A stretch of DNA of 64,000 nucleotides from Cyanophora paradoxa CCMP329 (taxonomy: Eukaryota; Plantae; Glaucophyta): the NCBI GenBank assembly GCA_004431415.1, contig QPMI01000493.1:124001-188000 (forward strand), written 5' to 3'. Position numbers and translations under genes: made by a program. Position 1 is the stretch's first letter; every line of letters starts with the position of its first letter. The notes under the pieces were generated by a model. It was not told the origin of the DNA, did not search any database, and worked only from the letters and a program-made list of their open reading frames with translations. Shown here in pieces: positions 37,042-48,634 of this stretch.

Positions 37042-40000
37042 CTAGCGCCTGAGGTGGACGAGGAAGCGCTGGGCGAGGGCCCGGGCCGCCTCGAAGGCGG
37101 CCCGGGCATCCGTCGATCCCGAAGTTTTGGTCGATCCCGATGCCTTTTCGTCGATCCCCAAGTCCACCCTGATCCTACCGCCTGAGGTGGACGAGGAAGC
37201 GCTGGGCGAGGGCGCGGGCGGCCTCGAAGGCGGCCCAGTAGGCGAGGAGCACGCCGACGTTGGGCCACTGGTTCGCGAACGCGAAGCCGTAGTAGGCCAT
37301 CACGTCCTCCCCCGTCTGAGGTGGGAAAGAAGGGTCAAGGTTTGGCGTGGGGAGGGATGGGGCAATCGAAAAGTAAGGACGTAGTAAGTTTGAGAAAACC
37401 GGTTATAATTGAAGTATATAAATATATATACGTAATGATTTAACGGAGGGAAGAGGGGAGGGGGCACCTGGTAGGCGCAGTCCGGCTCGCCCTCGCACGA
37501 GAAGGCCTGGCCCTGGACCTCGTTCGCGATGAGCGACTCCAGGGGGTACCGGTACCACTGCGGCGCGTGACGTCAACGGAGTATATATAAGGGGGTAGAT
37601 GAGCGAGGGGGGTACCAGGAGGTAGGCCATCCACCTCCAGCCTTGCGGGATGTTGGGGACGGGAATCTGCGGCGGCGAGGCTCAGAGAAGATGTGTGCAC
37701 AAAGCTAACGAAGATCTGAAGCCAGCCTGCCGCACCATGAACCCGTTGAACTGCGAAAAAGCGATCAGAGCAGCGCAAGAATATTGATACTCGAGCTGCA
37801 GATGGCAGAGTGCTCTATAGCTCGCACAAGCTTAGGCGGCGCACCATGTCGAGGAGGGACTGGACGAAGGGCGCGATGGTGTACGCGATGTCCCCCGACG
37901 GGCACACGAAGCTGCGCAGGCGCGGTGGCGGTGTCAGTTTGTGCTGAGAAGGCGGGATCGGCCCCACAGACGGCGCTAAGACTCTTAACGGACTGGCGGG
38001 CGGCGGCGAAGAGCTCGAAGGTCACAGTGAGCTTGGGGATCGACGGAAAGACTTCGGGATCGATGGAAGGAAGGGGGCGCACGCGAGCATGGAGGCAAAG
38101 GACTGGCAGGCGGCGGTGAAGACGGCCGAGACGAGGAAGAAGAAGCCGAAGCGCGCGCCGCCGTCCGCCCCGCTCATCCCCGAGAGCCAGTCTTCGAGAT
38201 GAAAGAGGCGGATCAGAAAGATTTCGGAAATTCGAACGAGGGCGGGGCGGGGTTCGGTCTCGCGGGCGCACAGATGACGAGGGAGGAGAGGAGAACGGTG
38301 AGGGCGTAGAAGGGCGCGTTCGCCAGTGCGTCTGCGGCGGCGCCGTTCTGAGAACACCGTATTCTAAAAGCACGAAAGGCCGAACGAACCGGAGACGTGC
38401 GCGGCGAACGACTTGTACATCCCTGCATCCATTGTCAAGTTCTGCTCCGCTATGCTCTGCTCTGCTACGCTACGCTGTGCTATGCTCCGATCGCTCCGAC
38501 CCTGAGCGAGCGGCTTTGGACGGCGCACCCATGGCCCGCTCGCGGTAGTAGACGGCCCGCGTCGACATCTTCGAGGCGATCGAGCCGACCGCCAGCTGCA
38601 TCTGTACATGCGGAAAGGGATTCGAGAGTTAAAAGATCAGATAGCCAAGAAATAAGGAAGGATTAGAATTAGGAATAGAGTGAGAAATTAAACGGAGGGC
38701 TAAGAGCTAAAGCATGGAATCCAAGGCTAGTTGACGGCCGCGGGCCGGGGGCGGGCGGACGTGGAGGGTCATGATGAGGTAGCACATGGAGACGCGCATC
38801 CGGGCGTACGCCTGCGAGTAGCCCATCCGCCAGTACTCCGTCCCGATCAGGAAGCAGATGAACATCGTCTGCGAAACGAGGCCTCAATAAAGCGTGGGAC
38901 AGAGGAGGCAGATCTAGAGTAACGGGAAGGAAGGGCGGACGGTGAGGAAGTTGGTCCAGAACTCGCTCGGCTGGCGCCAGAGGTGCCGCCAGTTGCGCGC
39001 CGTCAGCACGCGGATCTGAACCCGCCGCCAGATTCAGGCTCGACTTCGCGATCGACGGAGAGTGCGGAGCGGCCGCACCTGCGTGCCGAGGCCGCTGGCG
39101 TACATGTGCTTCATGGGCACCTCCCCCGCGCCCGGCGCGCCGGCCGCGAACCTGCGCTCCTCCTCCGCCAGCCGCTGCGCATGCACGCGAGTCGCCGTCA
39201 GTGCCGAGCTGAAGGAGAGCATCGAAGCCGAGCGCAGACGCCGAGAACCTACATGGAAGCTAGAGCAAGGACATAGATGAAAGCATCTTCGTTCATAGAA
39301 TCTAAGCTTAGCCCAGCGCCACGCACCTCGGCCATGCGGCGGCAGAGGTCGGAGCTTTTGTACGCCGCCACGAGCGCCTCCCCCAGCTCCTCCTCCTGCA
39401 CGGCAGGCAGGAAGTTCACTTCGGGATCGACGGAAAGACTTCGGGATCGACGGAAAGACTTCGGGATCGACGCACGGAGGAGCCGGCAGCAGCACGGGCG
39501 GGGGCGGCCTTGCCCTGCGCGATCTCGAGGAGCAGGTCGGCGGGGTTGCGGTGCGCCGGGAGCTCGTAGCCGAGCCGCTCGAAGTAGGAGAGGACCGTGG
39601 CGCTGCGGGCGCCTGCGCGCGACGCGCCGCGATCACGTCGGGGTTCAAGCTTAAAGGCTACTGATATGCAGAGGGCGACTGCTTAAGCTCAAGGGCGACT
39701 TGAAGGCGTTACTGGTGCCTACGCTTAAGGGCGACTGAGATCTAGATGCGACTGATATGCAGAGGGCTACTGGGGCGACTGATATGCAGAGGGCGACTGA
39801 TATGCAGAGGGCTACTGCTTAAGCTTAAGTTGCGGTTCAAGCTGAAGGGCGACTGGGATGGAGGGGGCGTCCGAGGGCACCCGTCCGACTTGGACTTAGA
39901 CTCGGGATCGACGGAAAGACTTCGGGATCGATCGAAAAAAGGGCGTGGCGATTATATACATATATAGAGGGCGTCCGAGGGCACCCGTCTCGCCGAAGTA

Positions 40001-43000
40001 GCAGACGCGGCCGCCGCGGCGCAGGAGGAGGAGGTGGTCGAACGCGTCGAACACGTCCGACGAGGGCTGGCTGCGCGCGCGGAAATGTCGGAATAGTTGG
40101 AAGAGCGAGCTCGAGAGAGGACCGAGCCGGCTCACTGGATTGTGCAGACTGCGCGGAGAACAAACGCTCGGGTCAGGGGACGGTCGCACGCGCCGCCCAT
40201 GCCGGGGGCTTCGGAGGAGGAGATCTAGATGGGGTAGAAGGCTTATTATAGGGCTTATTATATTATAAGATAAGCATCAAAACGTGCGACGGTAAGCTTC
40301 TTCTTCTGAGCGAGCGCGCGGGCGAGCGCGCGCGCACCGACGGTCTGGCCGCGGTCGCAGAGCCGCCGGACGAGGCCGACGAGGGCCGAGGCCGCCACCG
40401 CGTCCAGCCCCGTCGTCACCTCGTCTGCCACCGCGTCCAGCCCCGTCGTCACCGTCGCGCTTTAGTACATATATATAGAACCTATATTAACGAGGTGTTC
40501 TATATTAACATTAGATCTAGATTGTTGTTGTGTGTTTCTTAATATAGATCCAGCCCCGTCGTCACCTCGTCTGCCGTCGCGGGGCGCTTTAGTATATATA
40601 GAGCCCGGGACGTCCGACGGCTGGAGTTGATATGGAACACCGAGTGCAAGAAAGGCGCGCGTGCCTCTATAGGCTATCTGTTCATCTGGCCATCGAGGGG
40701 CGGGCGGGGCGGGCGGGGCGGGCGGGCACCGAGGAAGAGGACGGCGGGGCGGGCGACGAGCTCCATGGCGATGCAGACGCGCTTGCGCATCTGCGTGGGC
40801 GCGGGCGGAGTTAGCGAAGTCGGACATGTACAGGTCCGGGAGGCGGGAAGCGCAAGGACGCGCCTCGAGCGAGGCGCCGGAGATGAGGGCGTCCGCCGAG
40901 TCGGCGAGGCCTGCGCACGCGCGCAGTGTCAGAGTCGACAGAGGCGGCGCGCAGGCCCCGGATTCCCGAATTCCCGCCGACTCACCGACGTCGGAGAGGG
41001 ACGAGTCGGCGAGCTCGACCTTGCGCTCCGCCTGCGAGCGGACGCGCGCGCGGTGCGCGTCAAACGCTGAAGGCTTCGGAGGAGGAGATGGGGTAGAAGG
41101 CTTATTATAGGGCTTTATAATAAGATAAGCATAAAACTTGGGCGCGAATCGAAGCCAGCTTAAGCTCGTGGCTTGTGGGGTCCGGTGGCGGTTACGAGAA
41201 GGGAGGAAGCGCACGGGGATGCGCTGGTTCCAATGCTTAATGGGGGGAAGAAAGCCAGCTTCTGGATTCCAAATGTTTTAAAAAGGCATCTTAAAGTCTC
41301 CCCGAGGCTTAAAGTCCCTTCTGAGCTTCGAGCGCACCGGGAGGCGCTCGTCGAGGCGGAGCATGGCGGACATGACGACCGCCTCGCGGACCGTCTGCGT
41401 CGGGAAGAGCTCGTCGAACTGCCCCCGCCCGCGGCCGTCCGCGCCCCTCGGTCAGACAGGCGGCTGCAGACAGACAGACAGCCTCCAGCTGTTTAATATT
41501 ATTATATATATGTTGTTGTCGTCGTTCTGTGCGCTCGACCGGCTTTGAAGTTCACCTGCTCGACGTAGGCGACGAGGCGGTTGAAGAACTTGTCGCGGGG
41601 GCGGCCGTTCAGCGCGACGGCGCCGCCCAGCCTGCCGCCCGTCTTCCGGCCCGCCAGCACGTCCAGAAGCGTCCTGCCCCGTCCCGAGCCGCGCGTCAGT
41701 CAGCCGAGAGAGAAAGAGAGAGGGAGGGAGGAGCAGCGCACGTCTTTCCGCCGCCCGACTGGCCCATGAGCTTCGACACACTCACTCCGATCAGCAAAGC
41801 GCAGAAGCAAAGCAAAGACGACGGCGCAGTACACGTACCGCCAGCATCATGCCGGAGGAGGCGAAGCCCGTCACGCCGTCCAGAAGGACCTTGCGTGTCT
41901 TGGGGCGGCCGCCCGGGCGCAGCCGCGACAGCGCCCGCAGCGCCGAGGCCAGCGCCCCGCCCTTCCCTTCTCCTCCTTCGCCGCCCTCCAAGTCCTCCTC
42001 CTCTTCCTCCTCCACTTCGACCTGAGCGGACCTCAGCGCGAGTCGAAAATGAATCGAAGCTTAAGAAAGAAATATAGGGCACTCGCCTCGTATTTCACGT
42101 CACGGAAGGTGAGGAGCGCGGGCGGCGGGGCCGAGGCTGCGGCCTGCGCCCCGCCCGTTTCCGGCTGGCCCTTAAGCTTCTTCGACGGCTCCGCGATCGT
42201 CGGGGCGGGCTTGGCCGGCGGCTCGCCCGCCGCCGCATCCTCCGCCTCGCCCTCCTCGTCGTCGGCGTCCGGCGGGGGGAACTCGCGCGGCGGGCGCAGG
42301 AAGGCGACGCCCAGCCAGGCGATGAAGAGGAAGGCCGCCCAGAACAGCGTGGAGACCGCCAGGTCGTACCTACATCAATATTTATTTTGTAGCGCTACTT
42401 TCAACTTTTGATTGCGACCTGAAGACGCACCCCGCCCAGGAGTAGTCCGTCTGCATCGCGAACGAGTCCAGCGCGGTGCGGCCGACGTCGTACCCCTTCT
42501 CGTCCACGACGTCGTGGAGCTCCGCGACCGAGAGGGCCTCCAGGGGGTACCGGAAGATCGAGACGTCTGCGGCCGCCGTCAGACAGACGAATCCGAGACG
42601 CAGAGAGGGCCTAGGCCTGGGCGCGGGGCGCACAGTAGAGCCAGATCCACGGCTTCGGGATCCTGCGCGCGGGCGGGTATATTACAAACAGCTGTTAAAT
42701 TACAAAGAGCGGTTCTATTTTATTCTAAAGAAAGAAAGCGCTTCCTCGGGCTTCAGGGGCACTTTAGAGCGGTTCTTCAACAAAGAGCGGTTCTATTATA
42801 GCGGCGCACAGGGAGCGGGGCACGAGGAAGCCGGCGAAGAGGTTCATGGCGGAGGGGATCATAGCGGAGAGGAGCGCCGCCACGTCGGGGCGGTGCACCG
42901 CCGAGCAGATCGCCCTGGACGGAGAATAGAGTGAGCGAGGGTGAGCGAGGACAATCTCAAGATCCCAGAGCTAAAGTGGATATATATAGCCCTGGGCGAA

Positions 43001-46000
43001 GCCCGGGATCGCGATTGCGCACATGACGATGCCGTCGGAGCAGAGGCGAATGATGAAGTGGCCGTAGACGAAAATGCCGAAGCGCGCGCCGGCGACTCCG
43101 GGCTGTGCGGGGGCGGGGCGGAAGTCGCGGTTGGCCTCAGAGACTTCGGAAAGAAAGATCACTCCGGCCTGGTGGTGGGGTGGGGCGGGGCGGGATGGGG
43201 CAGATCTAGAGCGGGTCCGGGGATCCTAGTACAGTTGACCTAGCCCCAGAGATGTAGATCTAGAAACCAGAAATAAGGCAGACGACTTCAAAACAAACGC
43301 GCCTGGAACCCGGCGGCGAAGAAGGCGACGGCGCTGTAGAGGAGGACCTCGGCGAGGGAGAAGGGCACGCCCACGACCACGTCCGCCAGCAGCCACTGAA
43401 AGAGTCGAGGAGGAAGTGAGAGGCGAAGTGAGGTAGTAAAATCGACCAACCGTGAAGGAGCGGTAGTAGGCGCGCGTGTGCTGACCCTCGTACACGGCGC
43501 GGTCCGCGTACCAGGGCTCGATCTTGGCGAGGCCCATGAACCCGAAGCTGGGGAGGGGAGCCGGGGTGTCAGGTGTTGGTTAGGCTGGGACCGGGATGGA
43601 GGAGGGAGGAGGGATTTCGGGCACTTCATGACGCCTGCGACACCGGCGTCAGGGGCCGCGGCCGCGAAAACAGAGGGACGGAGGCGGAGCTCGCGGGCGC
43701 GCGCACCGAGGCTGATGAAGGAGACTCGATCCAGGCATCCTGAAGAAGAAGAGACTCGTGTGGTCAACACGCAGGCAGGCGCGGCGGGCCGGTCGCGATC
43801 GGTCGTGCGGACCGTCGAGCGTGTTGGGGCGCTTCAGGAAGAGCGTGCCGGCGATGACAGCCAGCAGCAGCGACTGGACGTACCTGGCCTCGCGATCGGG
43901 CCGACGTGAGCCGCAAAAGGAAAAAGGCGGGACTGAAGTAGGGCACCGGGCGACGAAGAAGGACTGCATGCGCCACGTGAGCTTCCAGCGGCGCCCCGCG
44001 AGCAGCGCCAGCTCCCGGACCGCCCCGTTCGCGTACCGCCGCCCGAACTGCGGAGGAGACGTCGCCCGCCCCGCTCACATAAGGCGGCGTCCGATTTCGG
44101 ACTCAGCCTCGGAGCGCACCCGCATGGCCTCGGAGGGCGCGTCGACGAGCTCGCCGGCGGCCTGCTTGGTCTCCAGCTGGCGCACCTCGGCGTCCACCGC
44201 CGCGAACTCGGGCGAGCTGCGGCCATGAGCCAAGCGAGCAGCTGAGGTTCAAGCGGAGCGGTCCGGGCGCACTTGCGGTAGGCGCGGGCGAAGTGGCGGG
44301 CGACGGGCGCGACGCCCTCGAAGCCCGCGTACTGCCGCGCGCTCTCCGGCGTCACCATCGCCTGCGCGCGGGAGTAGAGTTAGCACTAGGTTCCAGGCCT
44401 TTCGAGCTTCGCTAAGGAGGGAAGTGGAGTTAAAGTAAGGGCCGACTTGAGGACTTCGACTCGAACTTGAGATGAGCCTAATTATAAGTACCTGAAGGAA
44501 GTCGGGGGCGGTGATGGAGGGCGGGCAGCGGAAGCCGAGACGCTGGAAGTAGGCGAGGGGGGCGTCCCCGGCGGGGCCCCAGTACAGGAGCCGCCCGCCC
44601 CGCGAGAGGAGCGCCACCTCGTCGAACGCCGCGTAGGCCTCCCTGCGGCGCGCGCGCTGAGCATTCAAAGGATATAAATATGGCGATGGGGATATTTTAC
44701 GATACAGCTTAAGCTTTAATCGTGCGCAGAACCCTTGTAACGCTTTGCGTGAATTTAAGCTTGGCGCACGCGGAGGGCTGGAGGAGGGTGGCGAGGACGG
44801 AGCCGCCGCCGTCGGCGACGGCGCGGAGGGCGCGGCAGAGCTCGAAGGCCGCCGTCGCGTCCAGGCCTGCCGGCGGGGCCGGGCGGGCGGGGTCAGCGGC
44901 GCGCTAGCAGCTCAAAACGTGATAGCTCAAAACAGATGAAATGTGACGGCTGAGAAAGGCTCCAAATGATGCCGCACCGTTGCTGGGCTCGTCGAGGAGG
45001 AACAGCGAGGCTGCGGGGCGGGTCACGCCAGCTCAGAAATCTCAAAGACGCGTTCGACAGAGCCCATCGTCACCTGTGCCCATCATCTCCACGCCGATGC
45101 TGAGGCGCCGCTTCTCGCCCCCGCTCAGACCCCGGACCGTCGCGTCTGTCCCGGCGCCCGCCCTTGCATCAGCAGTGCCGAGCGGACCGAGCAGCCGGTG
45201 CGCGCGCACCGCCCACGGGAGAGTCGGCGACGTGCGTGAGCCCCAGGGTCGCCAGCACGCGCTCCACCTTCGAAAAAACGAGTGAGAAACGGATCGACCT
45301 GGATCTTAGATGGGAGGGGGCAGGCGGGCCTTGGTCTCGACCTCGCCGGCGATGGCCGAGGGGGCGCGGCACGACCCCCCGAACTGCAGCGTCTCCCGCA
45401 CCGTCAGCAGCGCTGCCGAGGTCGAAAGATCGAAAGAACCGCTCAGCGATTTAGATAGACAGATCGAAGCGTAAGCGAAGCGCAGGGAAAGGAGGTGAAA
45501 CTTAAGCTTAAGCTTAAGCGCAAGGGAGCGGTTCGTCCAGCTCAAGGGGAAGCTTAAGCGAATTCGAATTGCTGAGGGAAGGGAATGGAGGGAGAGGAGA
45601 GGGCCGCACGGTAGTGCCTGTCGTCGCCCTGGTCCACGAGGGCGATGCGGCGGCGGAGGCCTGGGACCTGCGGGAACGGGCGTGCATTAGCTGAGAAGAC
45701 TCCAAAGAATCTCTATTGATTATAAGACGGAAGATGGAAGAGGGGGAGTGCATAAATAAGCTAAAAAGACTCCAAAGAATCTCTCATTGAGAAATGATAA
45801 GATGGAAGATGGAAGAGGGGGCTGCATAAATAAGCGAAGGAAGGCGCGCGCGCCTGCTTGGGGGGCAGTCCGTTGTAGAGGACGGTGCCGCCCATGAGGC
45901 CGGGGCCCAGCTCGCTGGTCGCGCGGGCCAGCAGCTTGAGCAGCGTCGACTTCCCGGAGCGGGGAGGACCCAGCAGCAGCGTCGCACGGCCCGGCTGCGA

Positions 46001-47764
46001 GGGGGAAGGGGAAGGGGTTGAGGAGGGGCGAGGGGAGGGGGGGGGTGGGAGGGGGAAGGGCGGGGAAAGTGGAGGAGGGGGTGGGGCGGAGAGGGAGAGG
46101 GGGGACCGGGGGGGTGGGGGGGGGGGCTGGGGGTGGGGGGATGGGGGGGGAAGGTGGAGGAGGGGGTGGGGCGGAGAGGGAGAGGGGGACCGGGGGGTGG
46201 GGGGTGGGGGGTGGGGGGGGAAGGTGGAGGAGGGGTGGGGCGGAGAGGGAGAGGGGGACCGGGTGTGTGTGTGTGGGGGGGGGGGGGGGCGGGTGTGGAG
46301 GGGGGGAGGCGAAGTGGGGTTGGGGATGCAAATGGGTAGGGGCGGAGGAGGGGTGAAGGCGGAGGGGTGGGGCAGAGAGAGGGGGAGCGGAGGAGGGGCG
46401 GAGGAGGGGAGAGGGGAGAGGGGGCGCGGGAGGAGGAGAGAGGGAGGGGGGAGGGAAGGGAAGAAATGGGGGGGGGGAAGGGGGAAGGGGGGGGGCTTAC
46501 GGAGAGGCAGCCGGTGATGCCGCGCAGAACGGGCCGCCGCTCGACGGCGGCGCCGCAGGGCCCGCCCCGCCGCAGCTTCTCGGCAGCCCACGCCCAGGGC
46601 GACGCCGTGAGGATCGTCTCGTACGGCGGGGCCGGCCCCGCGCCGCCCTCGGGCTCCGGCGCGCGCTCGGAGTCCGCGGCGAAGGTCAGGTCCCCTGCGG
46701 CCTCTCAGGAGGGAGGGGTACGTAGAATCGGGGGGGGTACGCACGGAAGGTGACGGCGAGGGAGCCCTCGCCGAGGCCGCGGGCGCGGGCGTCGGCGATG
46801 CTGTCCAGAATCATGGTCTTGGCCTTGACGAGGGGGGCACGGCGGGGCGGGGCGCCCCGCAGGGTCGGCGGCGCCGGCGCCCCGTCGGCGGCGGGCAGGG
46901 GCGGGCCTTCTTCCTCCCCGGGTACGCCGAAGTCTCCTGCTCGGCGGTCATTGTAACGATCGCGGGAGGTGCAGGGGTACAGTGCGGTGGGCGCACCGCG
47001 CACGGCGGTCGGGGCTGCAGCTGAGGGCGCGCGCGCTGCGGGGATCCGGGGTGAGCTTAAGCGGCGGGCGGGCGAGGAGGGATACGGCGGACAGGTCGAG
47101 TTCGGGGAGAGGGGGTGCGCGCCGGGGCCGCCGGGGCCGCCGGGGCCGGAGCCCGAGCGCAAGGCGGCGCCCTCGCCCCCGTCCGAAGCACCTGAGAGCG
47201 CCGCGCGTGAGGCGTGAGAGGCGTGAGGCCGAGCGCAGCGCACCGGACAGCGCTCGGCCGACCCCGCCGGCGGAGGCGGCGGAGCGGGCTTGCGCCAGCG
47301 TTTCCGCCGAGGACTCGCCTGGGGTTCGCGGTGAGCAGCAGGCGGGCCGACCGCGGGGCGGCGGGAGGGCGCGCGCGCGCACGGCGGGCGGCGGACGACG
47401 AAGAGCGCGCTGCGCGGCGTGGTTGTGAGCGGCGGCTGCGGGGGATGAGAAAGGGGGCGAACAGGTTGGCGAAGTGGGGCCAGGTGAGGCGAGCGGCTCC
47501 ACGCCGGGGCCTCCGGGGCCAGAGCTGGAGCGCAACGGCACGTCCTCATCACGATTCGCTGCGGGCGCGGCGCCGTGCGTTTCAGAGAGGAGGTGCGTGG
47601 AGCGAGCGGCGCGGAGTGAGACGCACAGGCGACCGAAGCCGCCGCGGAGAGCGGGCGGCCGACTCCGCCGCCAGCGGAGCTCGTACGGGCGCGCGCGAGC
47701 GCCTCAGATGCTGCGGGCGAGTCGCCTGCGGTTCGAACGCGTGAGCCGCGGTCTCTCGTGGCAT
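37042..47764 (-). CDS. Full-size ABCG/PDR-type ABC transporter (NBD-TMD-NBD-TMD)
   Basis: NBD1: [54 protein letters not shown]2: [68 protein letters not shown] exons follow each NBD, and the protein ends FLVHLRR* (stop at 37175 or 37042). The 5' end is uncertain. Confidence 0.92.
39419..39472. repeat. 20-bp intronic repeat CTTCGGGATCGACGGAAAGA; dispersed copies at ~38035-38063, ~39901-39933, ~37112-37160 (inverted) and 28137-28190 (variant)
   Basis: Read directly. Confidence 0.9.
39655..39855. repeat. Intronic degenerate tandem repeat (GGGCGACTGATATGCAGA / CTTAAG units)
   Basis: Read directly. Confidence 0.8.
45695..45835. repeat. About 70-bp imperfect tandem duplication in an ABC transporter intron
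   Basis: aagactccaaagaatctct...gatggaagaggggg...tgcataaataagc occurs twice. Confidence 0.85.
46000..46496. repeat. G-rich intronic tract with repeated GGAAGGTGGAGGAGGGGGTGGGGCGGAGAGGGAGAGGGGGACC units
   Basis: Read directly; three unit copies. Confidence 0.85.
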
Positions 47765-48634
47765 TCAAGTTCAACGCGCACCGTCCAACGCACGCGCGGT
47801 AGGCGGAGCTGGGCCCGGAGCGGTTCCGGCTGGCGCTGTCGACGTCGACGAGCTCGACGATGCTCGGGACGGCGCTTCCGTGGAACCCGCAGCAGCTACG
47901 GTCGCTGGATGTTGTTCGTCGCCGCTCTCGCGACCCCCTCCTTCGCGATCTAGCGTCATGATCAGCCAGCGAAGTCGAAGCTTAAGACGACGCGCCGGCA
48001 GACATCGCGCGTGTCGAGCGCACCGCTTTCTCCGCCCTCGTCCATACCGGTCGTGCACTGCTAGATCGCGTACACGTACTTCGCTGCTCTTCGCCGCGGC
48101 TGACCGCGAGGCTGAATTGCTTTCGATCTGAAGGTTGCGCGAAGCGTGCACCGCGGCAGGCTAAATTCCTGGCTAATCGCTCTCGAACTGGAGCGTGCGA
48201 CGCTTACGAACGCCCTGCTCGAACGCCCGCTCGGAGGCCCGGAGGCTCACAAAGACCCGCGTGGAAGCAAGTGCTACCGGGTACACGTTGACAGCGCTCG
48301 GAGGGGGCAACCCGCCAAGCCTCGTCGCACCTCCTTTCGCCCCTCGGCCGGCAGCTGTCAGAGCCTGTCACGGATTCCGGATTCCGGATTCCGGGAATCG
48401 CGGCTCGCTTGGTTGATCGATCGCATCACTGCGCGTGCGGCCTACGAGTGCAGCTGATCGAATTCGCTCAGCAGCAGCAGCTGGGGTGACGGGGATCTCG
48501 CAGAAGCGACCAGCATCGCCATAGGTGATCGCACTCGTCATTGTGGTCGAGCGCGGTCGGTCCGACCGCACTGCGGCAACTGCGCGTTCGCGCCTCAGCG
48601 CTGAGGCGCGAGCGCACACACATTCGTTCTCGCG
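47765..48634. promoter_or_regulatory. Probable divergent promoter region between the PDR transporter and the PKS/NRPS
   Basis: Inferred from the head-to-head orientation. It contains a short (GGATTCC)x3 repeat at ~48372-48392. Confidence 0.45.

Noticed and set aside
39419-39472. Short repeats as a CRISPR array
   Set aside because: The units are tandem with no unique spacers, there are no cas genes, and the context is a eukaryotic intron.
40760-40880. Degenerate ABC signature SLEARKR as a sign of pseudogenisation
   Set aside because: A degenerate NBD2 signature is normal for PDR-type transporters.
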